NCBI GenBank assembly: GCA_020891255.1
Contig: BQFW01000011.1
Location: 868,001-932,000, forward strand
Direction: 5' to 3'
DNA: 64,000 nt
From: Entomortierella parvispora E1425
Taxonomy: Eukaryota; Fungi; Mortierellomycota
Shown one piece after another: positions 26,037 to 38,890 of this stretch. A program made the position numbers and the translations under genes. Below the pieces are notes generated by a model. That model saw only the letters and a list, made by a program, of their open reading frames with translations. It had not been told where the DNA came from and ran no database searches. The stretch's first letter is position 1. Each line of letters starts with the position of its first letter.

Positions 26037-28450
26037 GAAATGGAAAACAGGACCTCTGTTTCACGATCGGGCAGCTGAGCTGTCATCGCGTTGTCTCTCT
26101 TCCTATCTTTTGAATAACTTTTTCTTTATTTACGCAAGGTATCGCTTGATGCGACCTGCGACGGATGATGCCCAAAGTTTCTTTCCAACGGGTTTTGAAA
26201 AGTTGATCTCTCCCACCCCACACAAAACAAAAATAAATCGTTACAGCTCGTCTATCGACGCGTTCGAAGGTTGAAGCTTAAAGCACATCTTGCCCGTGAG
26301 AGAAAGAAATTGGCAAAGTCGAGGCATGTCCCAACAAAAGAAAACTCTTTTCATCTCATCCCCTCGGTTCGTCTGTGAGAAAAAGGGTCTGGACCATTCA
26401 TGACGAAAAAGGAATAAAAGAGTCTCTCCTACTGGGCAGGAGACCAAAAATGGTTGCTATTGAGCTGGACGTAAACCTTTCAGCTGCTCACATCTCGCTC
26501 CTGAAAAAAAAGAATGACTATCTCGGAGGGGCCCGTCTGTGGCAAAGGATGTCTGCTATCACCTTCATTATCAAGTGCCGGGGATTTGGTTTCGGGCACC
26601 AAAATGCGTGTTCCGCGTGATTGTCCAGTACCTCTGGTCAGGTACAGTACTCTGACCTTTGCCGTGCCATTCTCAACTTACGCATGCAGAGAGTGTCGTA
26701 TCACACCATGACCGTCCAATCTTTGTCAACACTCCCATGAGAGCCTGCACCCTTTTCCCAGCCCTTTCAATCTATCGAGGAGAGAGAGAAGAGGCACTTT
26801 AAAGAATGTTTTTTTTTTCTTTCTTATTTGTGTTCGTGTGAACTCGGTCTGTTGGTGAGAACAATTTACCCTGGGCTGAGGCAGCACCCTGAAGCAATTT
26901 TCTCTTGTGTTGTCAACAAAACACCAGGGAGAAGGAAAGAGCCAATGGCAAGGGCCCGAGCACGCGTCGATTCTCGACCAACCGTCCAATGTTTTACCGG
27001 TTAAAAAAATGTCATGCAAGGGACAACATGCCCTCCTGCAGGGAGTGACGAGATGCGGCAAAGGGTGAGGGTCGGAGTGGCAAAGAGAGATGGAAGGTTG
27101 CAAGTCTACTTGTGAAAACTTAAAAAGCCCAAGCTACATGCATCGTTCGTACCTGACTCTTCAACGCCCTTCTGGTTCCCATCCCCTTGGCGTAAAGCTG
27201 CATGGCGGGCCTGAGCTAGGCCATGGGAGGATTAGCGTCCCATGGGTATTTTTGAGCAGTATGTAACTCAATGCCGAGAAATCGCCCGAAAACAGCATGG
27301 GATAGACTGTCCTCTCCAGTTGAATTCCCTGGATGCTGTTTGGTTCTTTGCCTTTGTTATTTTTTTGCCCTGATTACAACGTAAAATTTGCCCCCCCCCC
27401 ACCCAGGGTCTGCTTCGTCATATTATATTTGTTGATACCGCGCCCTCCGAATGTCGTTCCGGCGCAAAGCAGGTGCTGGGTACACTCTGTAGAGACAATC
27501 TGGCCTGCCTTGATTCATGTGAACATCATGCTGCACGCTTGGGTCGCAAAAAAAAGTGGTTTTTCCCTGGAGGATGATTCTCCAGAACTGTAATTTGTTA
27601 TAGCAGCGCACTAGGACCTGACTGTGAGCTATACGTCTTCCACAGACAAAGAGTTTTCCCAGCCGATTCTAGAATCCAACAGCTTGTGGGCTCGACAGCT
27701 GGCTCTTATTTACAGGCAGAGTCACCACAGCACGCAAAGGTCTGTTGGCACTGCCATCCTTATAAGCTCTGTTCACCAACACGCTCTGGACTCGAGAAAG
27801 GGGGGTAGAGTCAGGCTTGAAGAGCTCGCGTGACTGAGTGTCTGCACACAGTCCGTCAAGGCCAGGAAGCGCAATTGGGCAATGAGTAACAGATATGAGT
27901 AACTTTTCCAGCACAGAGGGCTAGAAAATAAGAGCCTCGGGCCTGTCCAAAACACAAAATAAAAACCGAGAAAGATAAACAAAAGTGAGCGCGCCAGGGT
28001 CTCGTGTTCCCCTGGATTCGTCCGTTTTTGTGCTCTTTTTTCTCTCAAAACTGCGGCTTGCCTGGGAAAGCGGCCGATGGTGTGATTAGTCTCGTCTGCA
28101 GGCCAACCCAATTTCGTCGTTTTCTAGCCCATCTGCCGGGCCACGCGGGGATTGCAACGGCGCAAGAGATGTCTTCTTTTGCTCTTTTGTTTACAGATGG
28201 GTCGACCCACCATTGACCAAAAAAGTACCCCGCGCAGGGCGTGTGGACACGCCCCCTCTTCACATTATTCGCATTAGGTCGGCGGATGCTTGCGCTTGCG
28301 AGCGCGTAATTCACTTCAATAATGACCACAACAAAGCATGAAAGTCAGGGACTAGACCGTTTGTCATCGCGCCTTTCCTCTTCTAATCTCGGGTCTCATC
28401 AACTCAAGCATCCCTGGGAAAGTGGAAACGCAATCCTCTTTGCCAACGAG

Positions 28451-28457
28451 TATAAAA
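28451..28457 (+). promoter_or_regulatory. TATA box of pepsin copy 2
   Basis: TATAAAA about 100 nt upstream of the ATG at 28554. Confidence 0.65.
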
Positions 28458-28553
28458 AGGACTAGGCGTTCCCCCCATTCCTGTTCTACATCCCTCCTCC
28501 TCCTTCTCCTCTCTCCCACAACCTTCTCCTACTCTTCCAATCCACCTCCAATC

Positions 28554-29839
28554 ATGAAGATCACCGCCCTGGTCTCCTTGGCCGTCGCTGTCCTGGCCGT
28601 TGCCGAAGCTGGTCCCATCAACCGTCGCCCTCATCCTCCCCACGATGGAACCCACAGAGTGCCCATTGCTCGTCGCGAGAACTACAAGCACAACACCAAG
28701 TTCCAGATGGCCAAGCTCAATGCTCGTTACCCTCAGCTCCAGATCCTCGCTGGCGCCACTGGTCACGTTCCCCTGACCGATGTCGATAACGACCTCGAGT
28801 ACTACGGAACTGTCTCCGTCGGAACCCCCGCCCAGAACGTCAAGCTCGACTTTGATACCGTATGTCTAGTTCAATGGAGATGGACGCGTCTCCACTATCC
28901 GATCAAAGTGTCTAACATTCGATTTTCTTTTGCTCTTTCTCTCTCCAGGGTTCATCCGATATCTGGTTCCCTTCCAGCACCTGCACCACCGCTGCCTGCA
29001 AGAAGCACGTCCGTTTCGATTCCACCAAGTCCTCAACCTACCAGAAGGATGGTCGCAAGTGGTCCATCTCTTACGGCGATGGTTCTTCTGCTTCGGGTAC
29101 TCTTGGATCCGACATTGTCTCTGTTGGAGGTATCTCTGTCCGCCAGACCATTGGCTTGGCCACTACCGAATCTTCTCAGTTCGGTTCTTCCCCCGAGGAC
29201 GGTCTTTTCGGTCTCGGCTTCAACACCATCGAGTCCGTTTCGGGTGTCAAGACCTTCTTGGACAACGCCATTGCTGCTGGTGTCCTTGCCCAGCCTGTGG
29301 TTTCGGCCTACTTGCCCTCGGTCCGCCGCAACGGTGGCAAGGGAGGCGAGTACCTCTTTGGCGGTATTGACGATTCCAAGTACACTGGTTCTTTGACCTA
29401 TGTACCTGTCACGCAGAAGGGTTACTGGCAAGTTTTGGTCCAGGATGCCTCCTACAACGGTGCCTCGCTCAAGCAGACCTCCCAAGGTATTGTTGACACT
29501 GGTACGACCTTGGTCATTGTCGGTGACGCTGCTGCCAAGGCCATCCACGCCAAGATCCCCGGATCCAAGAACGACCCCAACAACGGATGGTTGGTTCCTT
29601 GCTCAGTCTCCTCCAGCTCTGACAACATTGGATTCAAGTTGGGCGGTGCTACCTTCAACGTCCCCGTTGCTGACTTGGCTTATGAGGATCTTGGAGACGG
29701 TTCTGGCAACTGCTTCTCCGGTATCCAGGGTGGTCAGGATGGTCTCTGGATCTTGGGAGATGTCTTCATCAAGAACAACTACTGTGTCTTCTCCCAGACC
29801 TCGTCTCCTTCCATTGGAATCGCTCCCCTCAAGTACTAA
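28554..29839 (+). CDS. Secreted pepsin-like (A1) aspartic protease, copy 2, about 398 aa; join(28554..28859,28949..29839)
   Basis: Signal peptide, DFDT|GSSDIW and IVDTGTT. Intron is in the same position as in copy 1 and the last exon is again 891 nt. Confidence 0.96.
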
Positions 29840-31687
29840 ACACAAAAAGCGCAAACGCGCAACGGTTTTCCCACTTGATCGCAGTCTCTAATTATCGCAT
29901 TGTACTTCCTGGTCTGAAGAACATTGACGAAGGGTCCTGCAAACTTATATATTTTGTAAATAAAAAAATGTACTTACCCCTTCTTCGTCAAAGAGATCCG
30001 CGCCACCATGATGGCAATTTCGACTTTCGATTGCTTGCTCTCGGAACGCACAGGTCCCTCCCGCTCGCAATCTCTTTTTTTTTCGGGAAAATAATCAAAT
30101 CTCGGCCATACTCATTATGTGTTGCGTCGTATATGATCGGTATCCTTGCTTCTTCACGAGGCTGAGAACATGATCGATCATTGATAGTTTCCCCTCTTTT
30201 TGTTTTGGAGTAAGAGGATTAATGAGCCATTTTTAGATATGGACCGGGGGTCCAAGAGACAGGGGTTTTTTCATGTGGGCACCGTGGAAAAGGAGGTTCA
30301 ACAAGAGAGGGGGATTTCACGGGACGGCCGGGAATCAGCCTGATGACGGTATCCCCTTTTTTTTAAGTCACTCGTTGCTCTATCCCTATTCTCTAGGGCA
30401 CAAGGGCCAAGAGCTTAAAGGTCGAGCAAGACCCTCTTGCCCGGGTGAGCCTTATTGCGCGATATTGGGAGACGGGCTCGAAAATCAAAAAAGGCCGGGA
30501 AGAACCCTTGCGGTTTGTGAAATGGTGGGCGGCTCGCATCTACCCTTTCGGTAAATGGAGCTGCAAGGGTGGGCTGCTGCTAGTTAAGATTGGTACTGTA
30601 CTTTGCAAGAGGTAAGTTTTCTAGCCTCGGCCAGATTCAATGAAGATTGAGGGGGTGGTATCTCACAGATCGGCGTGAGAACCTCGTCATTGGCGAAGGA
30701 TTGATTGCGCCCAATTCACCCGAATGTCCAATGGCAGCCCCGTTTCTCTCTGGGTGTCCATGAATGAGGTGGATCAATGATGGCTCTTCTATGTGTATAT
30801 AACCCAGAGTACATGTCCTTGTGAACAAGGATGCTAATGGATTCTAATTGCCACGCTGCTCCTGGCCTTACTGAATCTCAGCAGTCATTGCGGGCCAATG
30901 AGTAGTCGTCCTGGCGTCCCTGAAGGGTTCAAAGTCGAGCACGCGACCCAGAAGAGGGGCCGTTTGGAATGATAAGGAACGGGTCAGAGGTGCTGCTGCA
31001 TCGATATCCGCTGGCGATCACGGAGACAGCATGTGGCAAAAACGACAACAGCGACGAGGACCTACTATCCAGGGGACCACGGCAGGAATTGACATCCGTC
31101 ATTGGATGAAGGTCAGTACTGCGCAACCACTCACAATGCACACGGCACTAGAGTAAATGCAGGCACAATGCATGTACTTCAAGACCGTATATTCGAACAA
31201 ACAGCGGCGGCTGGATGCAGAACATGAGGAGAAGGCAGTAAACGAGAGTGACGAGAGCGGGCTTCTCTACCTCAATCAACCTCCATTAGTCTAACCCTGG
31301 CAAATCCAGAGGGCTCTCAACGAAGTTGTTGTAGACTACAGTACTGCTGTAGCCACGTTCGGATGACTCTTGTGCGACTTCATGCTTCGGCCAATAGGCG
31401 TTTGTAGACATGGGGGAGGTACTGGTGATCGAAGGCCTCGTCCAGCTGCCATGATTTTGCTCTTTCCTAATTCCCATATGCTGCCAGGACCAAGGCATAT
31501 TGCCAATATAGCCCCTGTCACCCAATAAGCGATTTCGGGGGTTGAGAGCACACCGCTGTCCGGCTGGACAGGGGATACCTTCTGAGATTGCTCCTTAGTC
31601 TCCCCCTGACAATTTATGGATCAGATCGCTGTGGACTCTTCCCAATTACTCTGTCGGGAAACGCGCCTCCCACCTTTGTATCAAAGG

Positions 31688-31694
31688 TATAAAA
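31688..31694 (+). promoter_or_regulatory. TATA box of pepsin copy 3
   Basis: TATAAAA 94 nt upstream of the ATG at 31782. Confidence 0.65.
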
Positions 31695-31781
31695 GGAGAC
31701 CACCCAACAGCCAACGATAGATCATCATCCTTCTCCTCATCCCCTCAACTCTCTCTCTTCTCAACACAAACAACCACAATC

Positions 31782-33153
31782 ATGAGAATCACAGCTCTTG
31801 TTTCTTTGGCCGCCGCCCTCTTGGCCTTCACTGAGGCCTCTCCTATTAACAGACGCCCTCACACCGATGGTCATTCCGTCCCAGTCAGCCGTCGCTCGGG
31901 CTACAAGCACAACACTAAGGCCCAGATCGCCAAGCTTAACAGACGCTACCCCGGCATCAACATCAACAGTGCCTCCTCTGGCAGCGTCGCATTGACTGAT
32001 GTTGCCCCCGACACTGAGGTAACAACTCTGATCTGCAGTTTGCCTTCTCTTCCAAAGCCCCGGTTTGGACATCTCGATCCTTAACACCAACCTTTACTAC
32101 CTGATCCACCCATAGTACTACGGAACTGTCTCTGTTGGTACCCCCGCCCAGAAGGTCAGACTTGACTTTGACACTGTAAGTAAAAAAGATACAATTCAGA
32201 CTATGAAACTTCATTTTTAATAATATTTCTAACCTTATAATTTCCGGCTGTTTTCTTTGCAGGGTTCATCCGATATCTGGTTCCCTTCCAGCACCTGTAC
32301 CACCTCTGCCTGCAAGAAGCACACTCAATTCAACTCCGCCAACTCTTCCACCTACAAGAAGGATGGTCGCCCATGGACTATCTCCTACGGCGATGGTTCC
32401 TCCGCCTCCGGTACTCTCGGATCTGATATGGTCTCTGTTGGAGGCGTCTCTGTCCGCCAGACCATCGGTTTGGCCACTACCGAGTCTTCCCAATTCGCCG
32501 CTTCCCCCGAGGATGGTCTCTTTGGTCTCGCATTTGACACCATCGAGTCTGTCTCTGGTGTCAAGACCTTCATGACCAACGCCATTGCTGCTGGTGTTCT
32601 TGCCAAGCCTGTCGTCTCTGTCTTTTTGCCCTCGGAGCGTCTCTTCAATGGCCAGGGTGGTGAGTACCTCTTTGGCGCTATCGACAACACCAAGTACACT
32701 GGCTCTTTGACCTACGTCCCCGTCACTCAGGAGGGTTACTGGCAGATTGCCGTTGACGGTATCACTGCTGGTGGACAGGACCTCGGTCAGTCTTCCCAGG
32801 GCATTGTTGACACTGGTACGACCTTGATCGTTGTAAGTGATGCCGCTGCTCAGGCTATCCACGGCACCATCGAGGGTGCCACCAACGACCCCAACGAAGG
32901 TTGGTTGGTTCCTTGCTCGATCTCCTCCAGCACCGACAGCATCTCGTTCACCATGGCTGGCACCCCTTTCAACGTTGCCTTGGCTGATCTGGCGTTTGAG
33001 GACCTCGGTGATGGCTCTGGCAACTGTGTCTCTGGTGTCCAGGGTGGTCAAAACAACCTTTGGATTTTGGGAGATGTCTTCATCAAGAACAACTACTGCG
33101 TCTTCTCCCACACCTCATCCCCCTCCATTGGAATCGCTCCTCTTGCTGTTTAA
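31782..33153 (+). CDS. Secreted pepsin-like (A1) aspartic protease, copy 3, about 395 aa; join(31782..32018,32116..32175,32263..33153)
   Basis: Signal peptide MRITALVSLAAALLAFTEA, DTE|YYGTVSVGTP, DFDT|GSSDIW, IVDTGTT. Has one extra intron relative to copies 1 and 2. Confidence 0.96.
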
Positions 33154-36143
33154 AAACTGCTTTGAACAAAACAAAAAAAAAAAAAAAGAAGCAAAACCAG
33201 CAAAAAAGTGGACCCAAGGAGGGCGATGCCTCTTTCCTGCAGGTTTCAGGGATCTCGGCCACCCGCACTTTCTCCTCCACACAATTCACCATCTCCATTG
33301 TATCTATTGAATATGTAAAAAACTGTTGATGAGATATGACTGTGTAGACAAAATAAAAATGTCGATGCCCTCTCTGCTGAACAACGCGAACTGATAAATG
33401 GGGGATAATAGGGCGTGAACAACCACGACTTCCCTAATTGTTTGGTCGGGAGGTCTTTGGGTTCCCAACAGGGAAGACAAAGCGGACAAGGACCTCCAAA
33501 ACCTGACCCTATTTTTAGAGCCCTATTTGTCGATGGACCAGGATGATACCCCTGGAGTTTGCCTGCCAATAGCCCAACAATGAGAATCGCGACAAGCGAA
33601 AGGTGATATTTCAATCGAAACAAAGGGTAGTCTATGTGCACCGGCCATCCATTTTCGCCGTTGAGAGGACTCAGCCAATGGTCCGGCCGCAACGCACAGA
33701 CGGCCGTTCACTTGTTCCATTGGCGCAAAAAAGCTCTAGACCGGACATGAAGCAGGTTGTTCTTGTCATTGCCCCTAGGTTTTTACCAGTCTGTCGCAGA
33801 ATAAGCAACTAATGCCCCCCGTTCTTTATCAGCCAATGTTTTGTTGCACAACAGCGGCCCCTTGCATGATCCAACGACCGTTGGGGGTTTTGTTGAGGAC
33901 CAAGTTTCTCCATGTATGAAAGATGCACTAGCTTCCAGATGGCCTCAACTGAACAACAACAACAAAAAAATCGTCACTGTTCATAACAGGGCCATGCATC
34001 TTGTTTTGCATTGTGCGTCGACAGGAGATTCATGCAAGAGACTTCTTCCTCTTTTTTTATTTTTTGCCGCGTAACAAGATTATCTCGCTTCATGCATTAG
34101 AGCGCGTATCCCCCCGTCTTTCTCCACACTTCGGGGATTCTTATGCGCCATCCTCTCTCCTCGGTCGAACTCTCCTAAATATAACATCATCCCGTATAAA
34201 AAAAGGGTTTTTCTCGGGGAGCCGAGTCTCGGGAGGAGCGAGTAGATCGAAAAAAAAAATCACTGAAACGGTTGAGGGAGATGTTTGTCCGTTGCACGGA
34301 GAAAGGGGATGAAGAGAATAGTGAGAAAAAAAACAGAAAAAAATAAAGAAAGGTGGATGAGATAATCCAAGGAACAAATGCTAGAGCAGGGCCTTCTTGT
34401 ATCTTCGGCCTTTTCCCTTCGAACCTTCGCTATCCTACCTTCTCACGAAAACCCAAAAGAATAAAGAAAAGAAAAAGTGCTCGAGTGTTCGTCAACAGTT
34501 TGACACACCGTGATTCTCGTAATTCTCAGTCTTCTGGTCCCTGATGATAGACAGTCGCCTGCACAAGGACAAAAAAAAGGAGAGCGCGACCATTCATGGC
34601 TCATCTACGTGTTTCCACGCACGCGTCAATGACCAAACGCCAACGGACCCCGCGAACTCGGTTGGGGTCCCAAGCCATGATGATTCTGTTCATTTCTGAG
34701 ATGTCAATTCATGCTCAAGTTGTAAAATGCCCAGGAATATGAACGTGGAGCGCAAGAGCATGGCAAAGGCGGGAAAGAAAGCCATTGCGTATGTGTTTGT
34801 CGTTCATGGACATGTGCCTCCGTGTTCTGCGGCCGACAACAAGCCTGCGGTCGATGAATGTCTGTGTGCAGTGTGTGACAAGTCTCGGGGGTGAGCGAGC
34901 GCAAAGCTCAAACTCGCTCTGATTTTTTTTTCTCCTGAAGTACATTTCGACAATGTACTCCTTGGCCCGAGCTCCTGGTTTGACAATTTGAGATCTCTCT
35001 TGCAGCTTTGTGTTGCCACGGATGCAGCTGCACAACCAATGTGCTGCATACAAATAAAGGAGCATGGATCAAATAACAAGCGCTTGATGCAGGTGGGAAA
35101 ACCAGCCTGGATGCTTACAATGCAGCTAGCCAGAGTATGTATGCCTTGGAGTAACATGACATTGCCGAAGCGCACATCTGGATCTGACACACGGCGGATG
35201 TTTATGGTTTTGTGCTTTAATCCCTAGTCGCGTCCAGGGCCGATGATCTCTCCCTCCTCTTTCCCCCCCTCCTTCCTTGACCCCACACTCGCCTATCTCT
35301 GCGTCGAGAGCCGACTATTCAATCCCGCAATCATGCCACTCAGTCGAGGCTTGGAACAAACAGACAATCAGGCCGACATATCAAACACAGACGACAAAGA
35401 CGCCCGTTGGGCAGAGTGAGCCCCGCCCCTCCTTGTTCTGTTCTGTCATCCTTCTTTGCATCCTTGGTGTTCGTTCCCTCCCTTTTTTCAGACTCCAATT
35501 GCTCACGGCCAATTGTTTCCGGACCCTTTTCTGCATCGGATTACATTGGTAACTGCCGCGTTGGACCGCCAATTCGGGACTTTTGATCCATCATTGACCC
35601 CTCTGAGCCTGGAAAACACATAAATACGGAGCAGACCCGTCCCCCTTTCTTGTCCTTTGTCTTCATTCTTCTTTTTTTCTCTCTCTTAACGCCTTACCTC
35701 CAGCTGTTTCTCCTCCTCACTTCCTCCTTATATCTTCTCCCTCCTCTCAGTTCCTGTGCAAATTGTCCTTAGCAACCTCCACCTGCCCAATACCCCCTCA
35801 CTGTCCGTAGTTCCTCCCTACCGACATATCTTCATGAACTAAATCTCAATCAGCCTTCTTTGCACTAGGAACTCCCCCACACGCCCACACGGCAACCCCA
35901 TTCCACTCAAGTTACTATCCCAACACAGCCTTCCCCTTCCCACCCACCCTTCCTCACCAAAAACCCTACTCAACTTCCTCCTTCGCCTTCCTCTTGACGC
36001 CGCCACTTTTCATTTAACGAACCCCCCCCCCCCCATCGAATCTGATCCATTTGCCACATTTTTTTCTATCGGCCTTCTCCATCATCTTCCACCCTTTTCA
36101 CCCTTACCCATTAAGAAAAACCAACAACCCCAACACTTTCACC

Positions 36144-38003
36144 ATGCTTGTCAACCCTGCCCAGAGCCACTTCAAGTTTGAGTGTCTTGATCAATCCCCA
36201 GTTGGATCGTTCGACAGCCTTGCTCCCCTTCAGCCAAAGGCTAATGGTATTCGCAAGAGGTAAAAAAAAAAAAAAAAAAAAAAAAAAGACAATTGGAAGA
36301 TGAGATGAGCAGCGTGGGGAAAGTGACGCCATCAACAAGAGACCTGACTAGATCCCGTCCTTTGCCCAATTTTTTTTTGTCTTGCAGTCCTGGCAGTTAT
36401 CACCGTCGCTCCGTGAGCTGCCTCGCGGTCGCGTCCCATCATGAGCACTATGAACATCCTTCTTACTATGCCGCTGCCAGCGGTCGGTACTATGACACCA
36501 TCGAGGTGTCGGAAGGATCGGCCTCTCCAGTGACCCACACTCGTCACATTCAGCGAAAGAGCGAGGGTGCTATCTCGATCGGTCAACTCCAGCGTAGTCT
36601 CTCCAATGCTGGCCTTGTCAACGTGAGCACGGCTGCTGCGGATGGCAAAACGAAGGATGGTAAGAGTGGAGAAAAATGACGCTTTTTTTCCTATTCCATT
36701 CTTTGTTGAAAACAACAACACACAACAACAACAACCCCATGCCCGTGGCGAAGGAGAGAGTATCCCCAACGTGTATTGTTCCGCGATCGTTACAAACATT
36801 CAAACAACGTGGCATGTCACGCCTGTGCGTTTCCACCACCCTGCCGATGTTGTAACACCCACAAAAACCACACACCCCGTCGCTGTAGAATCACTTGAGA
36901 AAGACATTGGTCTAACAATGCTTCTTTCTGTCTCTTTCTCAATTTCACAATGCTTCACAGGCGACTATACCATGGTCAGCGTCCCCTCTGGTCCACTGAG
37001 TGGAAAACTCGTGAAGGTAAGAACTTCAACTGTTAAAAAGAAGAACAGTCCAGTCCATCCCCCACCACTCCATCCTCGAAGTTTTCTCTATCACCCTGCC
37101 TCCAACCCACTCAACACGACAACCGCAACTACAATGCAAATACATCAGCAGCCGGCAGAGAGCGAGAGACGCGACTGCCGCACCATCGGCATTGACAGTG
37201 GCTGCTATGCCACCACTCCTTTCACATTCGCTTCACCAACATCAGCTCCGTCACAATCTGAGCAACCATCGAGACTTGCAGCCATCTCCATTTTTACATT
37301 GGGCCCACCACAGCAGTCTTCTGATCTTGAATATCCCACCTACAGCTGTTGCTGTAGCTTGGACGATCGCAGCGGACTGGAAGATACGTCTTCACTAGAC
37401 GGCGCCACATTCGCTGCCTCTTTTCTTTTCCATATTCCGACTCTTCCTCTTCATTCAGTCTCTTCTCCACCGCCTCCTTATCATTATCAACATCCTCTTG
37501 AATACACGGGTCGGCTCTCTAACGCAAGTTATTCCCACCTCGATACTTTTTATTTCCAAAAGGTCAATGTTACCTCTCCCACAGCAACCCCACGCCGATC
37601 CTTGCTCTCGGATCTCTTGAACAACCAAGGGGCACCTACGCGTTTGGAGCAGAACGCCAACCGCCGCAGAATGCTCAAGAGCATGCGCCGGTACTCGGTC
37701 GATGCCAGTGAGATGAACTTTAGTCTCGGAGGTCCCTCCAGCCGAGCCACGCCCTTGACCTCGATCCCCTCTGAAGAAGGCAGCGAGTCCTCATCATCCT
37801 CTTCGACCAGCCCCATGTTGATCGAGAGCCGTCAGACAGGCTTCAGCGCCACACCCACGGTCCGGTACCTTCGAAACCCTTGCCACGCTGCCATCAAGAC
37901 CAAGCTTCAGCCTTCGGCCTTTCGTGGCACCCTTCAACGCCGCGGTGCGGATGAGAATGGTGAACGTCCCGATTACTTTGGTGCGGATGATCGCGTGTGG
38001 TAA
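36144..38003 (+). CDS. Hypothetical disordered protein, about 294 aa, with several RRxS/RKS motifs; join(36144..36259,36388..36659,36961..37016,37563..38003)
   Basis: ATG follows a long C/T-rich leader. Donors GTAAAA/GTAAGA, CTAAC branch points and YAG/AAG acceptors give a continuous 885-nt frame ending ...PDYFGADDRVW*. The exon 3-4 junction is uncertain because intron 3 is 3n and stop-free. Confidence 0.6.
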
Positions 38004-38890
38004 AAAAAACCCCCCAGCTGTTGGGTTTTCAAACCTCCTTCACTTCCTTCCACCTTTTTTTTTTTTACATGGAAGCGAAGCTCAACTTTTTGTTTTTTTT
38101 GTGTACTCTAGTAGCATTGGTTTGTTCTTTTTTTTTTTTTTTTTTTTTTTTGGTTTCTTCCCCCTCTTCCCCCTTTCATTTGATTGCACGGCATTTGATT
38201 TTCTCCTTCCTTCCGTTTCGTTGTTCGCTTCTTGACACCATCTCACACTTTTCATCTTACCTACTCTTAATTCCCTGTACCAACAGACCCCAAGGTAGGG
38301 AAAGAAGCGACTTTTGTCTTTTCAAAAACGTTTCTTTCCCTTACCTTAGAGACTTTTATAGTCTTTCTACCTCCTTACCTACCTCCTCCTCTTGCTCCTT
38401 CTCTTTGACGCGACCTTCTTCTCTTTGTTCATGGTTGTGGTGTCTTCCCTCCGATCGACACAATATCCCTCCCTCTCTTTTTTTGCTACATTTCTTCTCC
38501 TCCTTCATGACCATACTTCTTTTATTCTTTTCTATTGTGTCATCTTATCTTTTTTTGTCTTCTGCTTTTCTCTCGAGGACTGTTGCCTTCTTCACCTCCT
38601 TTGCCTCTTCTACATCCCTCGTTGTTCAAAAGTAGACATTGGCACAATAAACACGCGTTTTGCTATATACAAACATGCATTATTGAAAAACACAACGGCA
38701 TACATTCAAGGTTATTTGTGCCACGAAAGGAGCAGGCCCACAATGATCCTAGATCAACTTTTTAAAATGACAAGAGAACAAGCAACAACGAAAACAGTTG
38801 TGGGTGAGGCTAAGATGAAGCTGGATTTTTTATTTCCTGAGCAATTTCCTTTGAAAACTGAAGGTCTCTTATTGTAGAAATAAAAAAAAT

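Noticed and set aside
30600-31560. Coding-like scraps between pepsin copies 2 and 3, with similar ones at 27.6-27.9 kb and 57.85-58.2 kb
   Set aside because: They need implausibly short introns or frameshifts, and no family is recognisable.
25401-33111. Long antisense and alternate-frame ORFs over the pepsin genes (e.g. 32266..33111, 281 aa)
   Set aside because: They are shadows of the codon-biased protease CDSs and repeat in each paralog.
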